A stretch of DNA of 64,000 nt from Candidatus Thorarchaeota archaeon (lineage in GTDB: Archaea; Asgardarchaeota; Thorarchaeia; Thorarchaeales; Thorarchaeaceae): positions 760,990 through 824,989 of the forward strand of contig CP070761.1 of the NCBI GenBank assembly GCA_020348985.1, read 5' to 3'. The position numbers and the translations under genes were made by a program. Positions 1 to 9,024 of this stretch are shown here, in pieces. The notes beneath the pieces were generated by a model, which was not told the origin of the DNA, did no database searches, and was given only the letters and a program-made list of their open reading frames with translations. Position 1 is the stretch's first letter; each line of letters opens with the position of its first letter.

Positions 1-67
1 GGTACATTGTCCCGATGCTTATCTCTGAAATCTTGACGCCAGTCTTTCCCAATTTTCGATATTCCAT
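1..67 (-). CDS. Aldo/keto reductase, N-terminal fragment (runs off window start)
   Basis: Not in the ORF track. Reverse complement from ATG at 67 reads MEYRKLGKTGVKISEISIGTMY, the typical AKR N-terminus. Confidence 0.85.
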   Translation of the reverse strand, partial: MEYRKLGKTGVKISEISIGTMY

Positions 68-218
68 CAGTCACTTTCTCCTCTCGAGATGATTTGGAAA
101 GCAAACACAATCATAGATATAAGGTTTGTGAAACAAACCATAAGCCATGATTTGCCCCCGGAATAAACCATCTTGCGTTGAGCACAAACCATTTTGCTCT
201 TTGCCACGAGTGAGAGTT

Positions 219-1121
219 ATGCTCGACCAGTTATCAGCAAATGATCTAGACACACTTGATGACGTTTTGGGGAGATTCATTGAAAGTCAAGCAACTCGCG
301 TCACTCTCGACAACCTGAAAGAACAACTAGACAGAGGAATGTCTGAAGGCAGTCTTGAGTTGTTTGGAGAGAAGCAGAGCGACGAAGTTGTAGGACTTGT
401 AGCTGTTGGCTTGAGTAGCAACCGGATTGGTTTGCTCTTTTCTGGGGGCAATGAAGCCATGGATACCCACCTCTTCGAGTTTGCCTACGATCGTATGAGG
501 AAACGCGGAGGCCCCATCAGAGTTGGTGGTTCTTGGCTAACTAGATCATTGATTGACTATGCTTTGAATAGGGGCTTCACCAGGTTTGATAGAGACTACA
601 TGATTGTGGAAAGGAAGACTTTGGAGGCAATAGTAAGCCATGACCTTCCAGATGGCTACACGTTTGCCAACTACGATTCGCACGTTAAAGACTCTGTCGC
701 CGACCTGATTCACAGAAGCCACAAGGGGGCTCTCGACGTGATACTATTCCCAGAGCTATTTGGATCTCTTGAAGCGTGTAGCCTGCTCCTAAGGAACACA
801 CAAGACAATCGATATGGACAGTATTCGTCACATTCGAAAATTCTGAAACACGACGGTAAAGTAGTTGGTGTCATCTTGCTGAGCGTAGTCAGAGAGAATC
901 GTGGCTACATTCCTGATATCTGCATTGATCCTGATTATCGAAGACAAGGGCTTGGACGACTCCTAATGGTACATTCTCTCAAACATCTCCTCGCCAATGA
1001 GGAATGGATCACAGGAGTCAACCTGGATGTGACAATCGGGAATTACGCTAGGAACCTATACGAGTCCTTAGGATTTGTTAAGGAGAGAGGGTATCCTGTC
1101 CTTGTAATGGAGGGGCAATAG
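219..1121 (+). CDS. GNAT family N-acetyltransferase
   Basis: C-terminal acetyl-CoA motif DPDYRRQGLGRLLM and NxxARNLYESLGF; start moved to ATG 219. Confidence 0.85.
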   Translation: MLDQLSANDLDTLDDVLGRFIESQATRVTLDNLKEQLDRGMSEGSLELFGEKQSDEVVGLVAVGLSSNRIGLLFSGGNEAMDTHLFEFAYDRMRKRGGPIRVGGSWLTRSLIDYALNRGFTRFDRDYMIVERKTLEAIVSHDLPDGYTFANYDSHVKDSVADLIHRSHKGALDVILFPELFGSLEACSLLLRNTQDNRYGQYSSHSKILKHDGKVVGVILLSVVRENRGYIPDICIDPDYRRQGLGRLLMVHSLKHLLANEEWITGVNLDVTIGNYARNLYESLGFVKERGYPVLVMEGQ

Positions 1122-1159
1122 CCGCAACCGTGCGGCCTTTCCAATGATTATTCTTTGGT

Positions 1160-1981
1160 CTACAGGAGGACAACAGCAAGTATTCCCGTGAGAAACACAC
1201 CGTCCCAGGTTCCCGCGCCGCCAATGGATGCTGAATCTGTCTTTAGTACGGAGAGCTTTCCCAGATTCAGGAAGTCTGCCCCGATTAGAGCTCCCAACGT
1301 CCCAGCAACATACGCAACGGCATACAGGTTGATGATTCCCGGAAATATCATTCCCACTGCAAGAGTCGCGAAAACAGCCGCAAGTGGCGGGAGTAGTGAT
1401 GGGGTGACTATGCCCAGATTCGGCACAACTCTGGCGATACGATTCACGGCGATTGTGACTGCCGTAGTCGCAACGACTACTGGCAGAATAGATGGCAAGT
1501 TCAGCAATAGCAGGTAGCTACTTACTGCGACAGGAATGATGGCTCCTCCCAGATTTATGCTGACCTTGGTTTCTTGAGGAGTACTTGGCTGAAACAGCTG
1601 AATACTGAATCCGCCTTCATACAAATATGGCATGCCAAACGCTTGTGTCGGCTCAGTCTTGATTGTGTAGAGCGGGATGTTCACAAGGCTCCCTACTAGT
1701 GAGCCGGGCACAATCAGGTAAGCAAGCCATACCTCTATCCCAATCTGAACGAACGCAAAGCCTGCCGCCTGGATTAGGAAGACGCTCATCAGGGCAAATA
1801 CGAAGATTCCCAAAGGGGAATTCGGTCGCCGCCTTGACTGCGAGCGACTTTGAGGTTCATCTTCAAAGACAATGGGGACCGCATGGTCCTCGTCTATGCT
1901 TGCCCACTTAAGTGGTCCAAGCACATCTTTCCTGTGGTATGTGTCACGCCTATTCAGCTGACGAAGCATCCTCCCACTCAT
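1160..1981 (-). CDS. DUF1614 family membrane protein (start uncertain)
   Basis: GSLVNIPL, INLGGAIIP, GALIGADFLNL and SIGGAGTWDGVFL motifs. Confidence 0.85.
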   Translation of the reverse strand: MSGRMLRQLNRRDTYHRKDVLGPLKWASIDEDHAVPIVFEDEPQSRSQSRRRPNSPLGIFVFALMSVFLIQAAGFAFVQIGIEVWLAYLIVPGSLVGSLVNIPLYTIKTEPTQAFGMPYLYEGGFSIQLFQPSTPQETKVSINLGGAIIPVAVSSYLLLLNLPSILPVVVATTAVTIAVNRIARVVPNLGIVTPSLLPPLAAVFATLAVGMIFPGIINLYAVAYVAGTLGALIGADFLNLGKLSVLKTDSASIGGAGTWDGVFLTGILAVVLL

Positions 1982-2132
1982 CTACTGGATTGCCTGGATG
2001 CGCCATCTTGTGAACGAAAAGGTCACAACCACACACTTTGCACTCGGTCTCTCTCTTCACATGTTCCGCTCTGTCGTGATCGCATGTGCACAAATCTAGA
2101 GCTCTCAGATCTAACACTTTGTCTTTCCTCAT
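1950..2132 (-). CDS. Small Cys/His zinc-binding protein
   Basis: CTCDHxxxxH...CKVCGCxxF pattern; GAGG upstream within the first codons region. Confidence 0.55.
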   Translation of the reverse strand: MRKDKVLDLRALDLCTCDHDRAEHVKRETECKVCGCDLFVHKMAHPGNPVDEWEDASSAE

Positions 2133-2196
2133 ATTTGGACATTACATCTCTCTCGTCAATGCTAATCAACATTTGTTAATGGGCAGAAGCTGAAGG

Positions 2197-2262
2197 CGAA
2201 ACTTTATAAATATCAATACCGATATCGCTATTGATATCAAAGCCGATATCTATACCGATAAA
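2197..2262 (+). promoter_or_regulatory. TATA box followed by a 12-bp-periodic GATATC array (putative PadR operator)
   Basis: TTTATAAA at 2203-2210. Exact GATATC at 2221, 2233 and 2245; degenerate copies at 2209 (AATATC) and 2257 (GATAAA). Confidence 0.7.
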
Positions 2263-2286
2263 CAATAAATCGAGGTAAACAATTCA

Positions 2287-2895
2287 ATGTGCGACAAACA
2301 TTCAGACAATTTCGAAGGACACCATTTTCAAGGTGGATTCAGGCATATGTGCAGATCACGTTCAGGTTCTCATTGGAAGCGAAGAATGGCATCAGCGCCA
2401 AAGGGACTCCTTAGACACTACGTTCTGAAGCTCTTGAGCGAAGGTCCCAAATCCGGCTCAGAACTGATGAATGAGATCGAGGAGAAGACAGAAGGAAGAT
2501 GGAAACCCAGTCCCGGTTCCGTTTATCCCCTCCTGTCCTGGCTACTCGATTCGGGCTATACAGAAGAAGCGTCGGACCAGGAGGCTGGAGTTAGGCGTTA
2601 TATTTTGACTGACAAGGGGAAGGAGTTTCTCGAGGAACATGAGAAGCGTAGAGAAGAGCAGAGTGAGAGATTCGGTCCGCACTTCTTTGGAGGTCCCGGT
2701 CTGTTTGGAATGGAGAGCTTTCCTGAAGACGCAAAGGAACTTGCAACGAGTCTTAGAAGACTACGGAGAGTAAGCTGGAAGCTACTGAAACGAATAAGTA
2801 AGGACCCATCGGACGAGCTCTTCAAAGAAGTCAGGGAAATACTCGATGAAGCCCTAGCGAAAATGGAGACACTGATAGAGAAGTCAGAGGCATAG
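2287..2895 (+). CDS. PadR family transcriptional regulator
   Basis: LRHYVLKLLSEGPKSGSELM...WKPSPGSVYPLL...YILTDKGKEFL winged-helix signature. Confidence 0.93.
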   Translation: MCDKHSDNFEGHHFQGGFRHMCRSRSGSHWKRRMASAPKGLLRHYVLKLLSEGPKSGSELMNEIEEKTEGRWKPSPGSVYPLLSWLLDSGYTEEASDQEAGVRRYILTDKGKEFLEEHEKRREEQSERFGPHFFGGPGLFGMESFPEDAKELATSLRRLRRVSWKLLKRISKDPSDELFKEVREILDEALAKMETLIEKSEA

Positions 2896-2912
2896 GTGTC
2901 TATATCCAATCA

Positions 2913-2950
2913 GAGGGGGTTGTAGAGCCCCTTCGTTCAGCTTGTTTTTC
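2913..2950 (+). terminator. Hairpin plus T-rich tail after PadR
   Basis: gagggggtt-gtag-agccccttc stem followed by cttgtttttc, between convergent genes. Confidence 0.55.
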
Positions 2951-2966
2951 ATTACTCTTTGTCATG

Positions 2967-4031
2967 TCACCAGTTGTCAGGTATGTGTGCACCACATTCA
3001 TGACAAATGTCTGCCCCAGCTTTCTGGAGAGTTCCGCAGTAGGTGCAGTATCTCGGTTCGTATGTCTGACCATATTGGAATGGATCAGGTCGGCCCGAAT
3101 CCAACACAAAGCCACGATCAACTTTTCTGCTAGGACATGACCGAAAGGCCAGGACGCAAACCACCGCAAGAAATGCCGGGATGATGAACCATGCCACAAT
3201 TGGGGAAAGGAAGAAATCCCCCACCCCTTCAAAGAAGTTGAATGGATCCGCAGGTTCTAGCAAGACAGTTATTTCATATGCTCCGGTACCTGAGAAGGCA
3301 TAGACCATAATGTACCATGTTCCCGTCTCAGGATCATCATGGGTATAGTCTTCTCCCCCGTAATCCGTTGACGCCCAATCATATTCTGATCTGGTTGGAT
3401 ACCGATCCCTTGCCGCGTAAAGATCGAAGTCATTATTGCCACAGTTTAGGAGGACTCTCATGGAGTTAGTAGTATTGACAATCGAAATCTCCCAAATGCT
3501 GATGTCGCCTTCATGCAGCAAAGACCCACTCGATGCTACCCCATCGCTCAGTACGCCCGGAAACTCAACAACGCTGCTCTCTATCCAAACGGTAAGGGTG
3601 TACGTTCCAGACCCTCTCCAGGAGTGGACCATGATATACCATGTGCCCGGACTGGGGTGGGAGAAGGACACGTCCTCCCCTGTTGTCGAAAAGCCTCTCC
3701 AGTCGTAATCATCTATTGTTGGCGGTTCTCCCAATCGGCCATAGACATCAAAATCCGCATCAGGAGGGATTATGAGGACCGTATGCATCGTGACTGCGAA
3801 TAATCCGACATCGATTGTATACATGTCAGATTCATTAGTGTCTTCTAGGCTTCCAGAGACAGAGACGCCGCTCGTCATCTCAATCTGTGAGATGAATATT
3901 CCTGGAACTCTCGTTTCTGGAGGCATGGTCGCACTGAAACTTGGGTCTCCAGCTCCAAGCAAGGTTGCGGCGGAACCTAACATAAGCAAAGAGATGATGT
4001 AAGCGATGACAAACTGAGAGACTTTCTTCAC
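2967..4031 (-). CDS. Surface protein: signal peptide, 2 PPC (pre-peptidase C-terminal) domains, TM, cytoplasmic zinc ribbon
   Basis: Two repeats of DFDxY...PT..YDW...E.....P.xGTWYIMV.....GxYxxT; C-terminal YCTYCG...ICHECG. Confidence 0.8.
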   Translation of the reverse strand: MKKVSQFVIAYIISLLMLGSAATLLGAGDPSFSATMPPETRVPGIFISQIEMTSGVSVSGSLEDTNESDMYTIDVGLFAVTMHTVLIIPPDADFDVYGRLGEPPTIDDYDWRGFSTTGEDVSFSHPSPGTWYIMVHSWRGSGTYTLTVWIESSVVEFPGVLSDGVASSGSLLHEGDISIWEISIVNTTNSMRVLLNCGNNDFDLYAARDRYPTRSEYDWASTDYGGEDYTHDDPETGTWYIMVYAFSGTGAYEITVLLEPADPFNFFEGVGDFFLSPIVAWFIIPAFLAVVCVLAFRSCPSRKVDRGFVLDSGRPDPFQYGQTYEPRYCTYCGTLQKAGADICHECGAHIPDNW

Positions 4032-4320
4032 AAATGTTCGAATATCAAATTCAGCTCATAAGGGTATGTCTTGTCAAGATGTCAAAGAGCGCGAACACGC
4101 TGTTATTTGACATGAATACTGCAGTTCTTATAATGCAGATTTGCTGCAGATCAGGCGGACTTTATCTTTTGGAGTCCCTGCAAGAAATCTATGGACTATA
4201 CTGTGAACATTTCCCTATTTCTTGCCCGGGAGAAGGACTGTCCCCCTTCTCCCCCCTATTCACTATTGCTTTTCCCGCGTAATTTATCCGGAGTACTATA
4301 CCATCAGTATTCGCTTGAAC

Positions 4321-5157
4321 ATGTACATTCGTCGTATGATTAGTCATGACCTAGACTTCGCCCACAAGTTGACAGTCAAAGAAGATTGGGGAAACACGAA
4401 AGAGGAAATCGCCGAGATTCTGAAGTTCAACCCCAGCGGCTGCTTCGTGTGCGAAGTCTCTGGTGAGTCTATCGGAATGGTCATGACAACAAGATATGAC
4501 AGAATCGCCTTCCTTGGTAACCTCATCATTTCCGAAAGCTTCAGAGGCGAGGGGCGCGGAGAGGACCTGACGAAGCATGCCCTGACGTATCTTGAAAATG
4601 CCGGCGTAGAGACGGTGATGCTGGACTCAGTAGAAAGAGCGGTGCCGTTGTACGAGCGACTAGGGTTCCGCAGGGCCTGTCGTTCGCTTCGGCTGAGAGG
4701 GTCAATCGAATCTGAGCCCTCAGAATCTCTCAAAACCGCGACTCGGAACGACTTGTCTTCTATTTCCGAGATTGACAGGAAACACATCGGCGCAGACAGA
4801 GTACGATTCTTAGAAAGCGGCTTGATGTCCAGCAACTCGATTGGTCGTGTAATGGAATTGCAGGACCGTATTGCCGGATACATATTCGCAACCAAGAAGA
4901 CCGATTTCGTATGGTTGGGACCTTGGATCCTGTCAGACGAGCTGTCTAGAGATGAAGAAATGCTCAGAGATGCTGCAGCTCTTCATGCCATCGATTCTCA
5001 ACGAGTTGGCGTACTCGAGACCAATAGTCGCGCATTGTCATGCTTTCAGAAATGTGGACTCGAAATCACAGGATTCTCCTGGAGGATGGTCAGGGGCTCT
5101 TCACAGCCGGTCTTCTCGATGGCAGAGTACGCCATAGGCTCTCCTGCAAGAGGCTAG
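4321..5157 (+). CDS. GNAT acetyltransferase (YitH-like, two-domain)
   Basis: FRGEGRG motif and AVPLYERLGF; start moved to ATG 4321. Confidence 0.85.
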   Translation: MYIRRMISHDLDFAHKLTVKEDWGNTKEEIAEILKFNPSGCFVCEVSGESIGMVMTTRYDRIAFLGNLIISESFRGEGRGEDLTKHALTYLENAGVETVMLDSVERAVPLYERLGFRRACRSLRLRGSIESEPSESLKTATRNDLSSISEIDRKHIGADRVRFLESGLMSSNSIGRVMELQDRIAGYIFATKKTDFVWLGPWILSDELSRDEEMLRDAAALHAIDSQRVGVLETNSRALSCFQKCGLEITGFSWRMVRGSSQPVFSMAEYAIGSPARG

Positions 5158-5244
5158 GCGTGCCGTCAGTTCTGTTCAGAATGCACGCTCGAAACTGAAA
5201 ATCTCTGTCATGTGTCCCCTTAATAGGCTAAACAACACAAGATT

Positions 5245-6144
5245 GTGGTGATCCAAACGACTGGTAGAGTGTTACATTTCGATGTACACTACCAAGTGCA
5301 TCCGGGTGATGATTTCGTCCGGGAACTTATCATAGCGACGGCTATTTCTGGACGCAGAGTCCTATCTGACATGAAGTCAAAACTAGCGTGGGTCCAATTG
5401 ACCGCGCAGCACAAGAACATACAGCTGAGTGGTAGTGACTTCAGGGTTCTTGAAGGGAAGGGTGTACTCAGGCTGCGAGATGTGTCAAGGTTCACAGTCT
5501 TCAAACGTGATTTCATGGAGCAATACTGGGATCTAATTCAGACCTACGAAGAGGTAAGATTCCATACTTCAGTGTCCATTCTAGGCTACCGTGGCAAGTT
5601 CTTCATCAACGACGAAGATCTCCTCATCATTGTGCCTGACCCCTGTCCTGATGTGGTTCGTGCATTCAGGGTTGTTAATGCATTTGGACATAGAAACGAG
5701 AATTGGCTTCAGCAAGCTCTGCTATATGCAATCGATAACCAAGACAACATGAGACTACTCGAGGTCTACTGGGAAGAAGAGTGGATTCCATCTTGGCCAA
5801 ACTCGGAGCCTTCTCCAGCATTGACGGACATTGTTCACACTTTGATTGGATCAGACACCGCTCCTCCGCATCTTGTACTTGATCTCTACGAGAACTATTG
5901 GTCGATGGAAGTCAAAGACGTCACTTCCCCTCGAGGATCTTCTCCATCAACAGGTGAATGGGATTACGAGGCAGAGAATGGAGACAGAATCTCACTCAAG
6001 ATGTACTCGGCGACAGAAGGGACCTATGATGTCGGCGTGTGGATAAACGACAAACCGATACGTCCTAGTGAGCCAACTAGGATCACGATTGGTGAATACC
6101 TTGCAGACTTGACTGGCTATCCGCTATGCGAACCAAGGGAATAG
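5245..6144 (+). CDS. Hypothetical protein
   Basis: 299-aa ORF with protein-like composition; no motif recognised. Confidence 0.7.
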   Translation: MVIQTTGRVLHFDVHYQVHPGDDFVRELIIATAISGRRVLSDMKSKLAWVQLTAQHKNIQLSGSDFRVLEGKGVLRLRDVSRFTVFKRDFMEQYWDLIQTYEEVRFHTSVSILGYRGKFFINDEDLLIIVPDPCPDVVRAFRVVNAFGHRNENWLQQALLYAIDNQDNMRLLEVYWEEEWIPSWPNSEPSPALTDIVHTLIGSDTAPPHLVLDLYENYWSMEVKDVTSPRGSSPSTGEWDYEAENGDRISLKMYSATEGTYDVGVWINDKPIRPSEPTRITIGEYLADLTGYPLCEPRE

Positions 6145-6167
6145 TCTTGTTACTTGGTTGAACAGTT

Positions 6168-6986
6168 TCAGTTCACGAGTCGCAGCGCCGAACTCAAGAC
6201 ATTGTCGACGACATGCTGTTCGAAAGTCACCAAGCCTGGTTGCCAAATAGTATCTGTCTCGTGTGTCTCTATAGACTCAGACGTTGAAATGACCGCAACA
6301 GAGACATCGACGATGAGGACATCCGACTTGATGCCACCTCTGTATGTAATGTCAACGCCCGCTTTTGCGAGTTCCTCGTGGAATAGGGTCCCCTTGCTCC
6401 TCTCGGTTCCGGCATTCTCCAGTTTACAGGTGACAATAACAACCTCAACACCATCAAGAGAAGCATTCCATAGAAGCTCTCCCACTTCATCCTGAACAAT
6501 CGAGGGGTGGACCACGACTATCTGTTTCCTGGCCGCCGGCAAGATTCGTCTCTTTAGGGTGGTGATTGCATCGTTTTCTACAAAGCAATGTGTGAGATCA
6601 TGAGGCAATCGTGGCACATTCTCTTGTAACCACTGCATCGTAGCTCTTTGACAAGAGGGAATGAGCTGACCTCGAGTGTCTGTGAAATGGGCTACTGGAG
6701 TGTTCTGTAAAATCAGATTACTATCCGATTTAGACAACGATGAAAGGTGTTCATCCATACTTGCAGGAGTGCTTACTTTTGCCATGGTCTGCTGTAAATC
6801 AAGCGATGCTTCTGTGTATCTTCTTTGCCTTCTCTTCTGACTCTGATAGATCCATATCACAGTGAGTGACGGTACCGTCACAAGGACCGCCGCAGAGAGT
6901 AATGGAGAGACCATCAATCCGCCTGTGGCCAGAATCATAGTTGATACGATTCCTGTGACAAAGCACTCCTGAGTCTGCTTGCTCAA
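6168..6986 (-). CDS. Membrane-anchored protein with degenerate PLD/TrmB-C-like domain
   Basis: N-terminal hydrophobic helices, then AARKQIVVVHP...GVEVVIVT...AGVDI...IKSDVLIVD (HxKxxxxD lost). Confidence 0.6.
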   Translation of the reverse strand: MSKQTQECFVTGIVSTMILATGGLMVSPLLSAAVLVTVPSLTVIWIYQSQKRRQRRYTEASLDLQQTMAKVSTPASMDEHLSSLSKSDSNLILQNTPVAHFTDTRGQLIPSCQRATMQWLQENVPRLPHDLTHCFVENDAITTLKRRILPAARKQIVVVHPSIVQDEVGELLWNASLDGVEVVIVTCKLENAGTERSKGTLFHEELAKAGVDITYRGGIKSDVLIVDVSVAVISTSESIETHETDTIWQPGLVTFEQHVVDNVLSSALRLVN

Positions 6987-7080
6987 TCTCAGGTCTCCTT
7001 TGATTTGTAATCGATCCGACAGATAGAATCAAACTACTGTACACATAGGGATTTCGAACAACGCTTCTTGTTCTGATTAT

Positions 7081-7130
7081 CAAAAGAAGGGAGGATAGGG
7101 GGCCGAGATCCTTCTCAGCCACCTCCTTTG
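7081..7130 (-). terminator. Hairpin plus U-rich tail downstream of the small ORF
   Basis: Minus strand ggctgaga-agga-tctcggcc stem inside ggagg/cctcc, then ttcttttg. Confidence 0.5.
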
Positions 7131-7154
7131 AACTAGATGAACTAGATGAACTAG
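7130..7154. repeat. 9-bp tandem repeat, about 2.8 copies (GAACTAGAT)
   Basis: gaactagat gaactagat gaactag, read directly. Confidence 0.85.
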
Positions 7155-7160
7155 GTTCTC

Positions 7161-7352
7161 TCAATGGCGTTTTTCTAGAGATTCATAATACGCCCAAAAT
7201 GTCAGCGGGAGATTGCTATGGTTAGGAGTCTTCCTCATTGTCCTACCATTCATCATGACATCTGAGAAGATCTCTACATAGTGTCTGATTTCGTCTTTAT
7301 CTTGTTGTCGTTTCATCTTCGATTTCCGTCTTCTTGCTTCACGTGCTGACAT
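7161..7352 (-). CDS. Small basic protein (63 aa)
   Basis: GAGGAGG RBS-like element upstream of ATG 7352; minus-strand TATA at 7564-7570; 3' hairpin. Confidence 0.55.
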   Translation of the reverse strand: MSAREARRRKSKMKRQQDKDEIRHYVEIFSDVMMNGRTMRKTPNHSNLPLTFWAYYESLEKRH

Positions 7353-7677
7353 TTCATTTTCCCTCCTCGAAGAGGATTCGAGCCCGAGCTGCAAGACATC
7401 GCTTGGAGCTCAATGGCATCCTCTTCCCCGAGAGGACCACAATCAAAAGCAGCAGACATCACGAGGAAGAGCGACCTGTTCTAGGCTCCACTATTGTGGA
7501 ACCAATACATCGGGCCAAATCGTCCTCGTGGCATTTTTGTCAGAGCACCTTCAACTAGTTTCCATATAAACTTCGACTTTCCAGTAAGGAATTGTAGACA
7601 GGGCGGATAGTCTCAGATGGGTAATGTGACCCACAGACTAATTACGTACGACTAGGGTCCAGTCAACCTGAACGCAG

Positions 7678-8118
7678 ATGTCATCAGTGTCATCTCGCCT
7701 ACTTGCTGCAATTCTGATTCTCTCTCTCGGGCTCCCTCTTACACTCACGTTCTCAATCCTTTGGTACTTCGGAGTCCTGGACCTAGTTGGTCCCATCCTG
7801 ATGCCTATTCTGATTCCAATTGTCACATTTGTCGTTATCGCGATCATCACTGTCCCGCTTCTGTGTCAAACAGTGACCAGGCAAACCTTTGGTGATGTTC
7901 CTGACAGACAAGTCTGGGATGGTACACGGCCTGACAGGTCAGGACAAGGAACTGTCAGGGACGTGAGCGGAACTTTCTATCTCATTCCAGTCTATTGTCC
8001 TCATTGCGGATATGAAGTAACTCTCGGAACAGCAGAATGGGTCGGCTCGCAAGTTCTTCAATGTCAGAACTGTCTGAGTGATATCGAGATACGAGTAGTA
8101 GAAGGTCACCGCGGCTAG
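7678..8118 (+). CDS. 2-TM membrane protein with C-terminal zinc ribbon
   Basis: Hydrophobic N-terminus; CPHC...CQNC. Confidence 0.75.
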   Translation: MSSVSSRLLAAILILSLGLPLTLTFSILWYFGVLDLVGPILMPILIPIVTFVVIAIITVPLLCQTVTRQTFGDVPDRQVWDGTRPDRSGQGTVRDVSGTFYLIPVYCPHCGYEVTLGTAEWVGSQVLQCQNCLSDIEIRVVEGHRG

Positions 8119-8184
8119 ATGTTGCCTCTGGCTTAGAGATTTAAGATACAATATGACGCGCACAACTAATCTTGAGGGAAAGCG

Positions 8185-9024
8185 ATGGACTCTGTGGCAC
8201 TTGTGAAACACACTGGTGATGTGAATGCCTCTTTGGAAGAAGGGATAGGACTGATTGGAGGCTTTGGTGAACTCTTGTCACCGGTGATTGTGAAGCCAAA
8301 CATCTGCACAAACTCTGACAACACAGGATACTCAGTAACGCGGGTTGAAGTTGTCGAGTCGTTGATTCAACTTGTACTGCATGAGGACGAGAGGATATCA
8401 ATAAGAATCGTGGAGTCTGATAGTGAAAGCAAGTTTGCCATGGATGCATTCGACCAGTTTGGATACAATGACCTATGTGACAACATGCAAAGTGAGGGAC
8501 ATGACGTTTCACTCGTTAATCTAAGTAGTCCTCCCCTTGTCGAAGTGGAGTTGAATGGCCAATACTTCGAGAAGCTCGAGATACATGAGATTCTCACCAA
8601 GCCTTGCTACTTTGTGACGATAGCTGCTGCAAAGACACATTATCTCACCTTCATCACTGGAGCGCTGAAGAACCAGTTCGGTTTGCTCCCCAAGAAAGGT
8701 CAGTCTTCATATCACAGGGACATTGATGATGTCATTGTAGACCTCAATAGATTCGTCAAGCCAGATTTGTGCATAGTTGATGGTAGAGTTGGTGTTGAAG
8801 GGTGGAATGGTCCTAGAACGCGGCCACTTAACCTGTTCCTAATTGGTCGAAATCCCGTGTCTGTCGATGCAACACTCACAAGGATTATGGGATTCAAGCC
8901 TCAAATGGCAAGACATCTAATGGAATGCGGCAAGATTGGTCTAGGAACGCTGAATCCAGAAGTCCTGGGAGAGAGCATCGAGTCTATGGCGGTTGGCTTT
9001 GATTCGCCCTCTAAGCCAAGCTAA
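8185..9024 (+). CDS. DUF362 domain protein
   Basis: VIVKPN, AKTH, TGALKNQFGLLP, CIVDG, NPVSVDA motifs. Confidence 0.9.
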   Translation: MDSVALVKHTGDVNASLEEGIGLIGGFGELLSPVIVKPNICTNSDNTGYSVTRVEVVESLIQLVLHEDERISIRIVESDSESKFAMDAFDQFGYNDLCDNMQSEGHDVSLVNLSSPPLVEVELNGQYFEKLEIHEILTKPCYFVTIAAAKTHYLTFITGALKNQFGLLPKKGQSSYHRDIDDVIVDLNRFVKPDLCIVDGRVGVEGWNGPRTRPLNLFLIGRNPVSVDATLTRIMGFKPQMARHLMECGKIGLGTLNPEVLGESIESMAVGFDSPSKPS

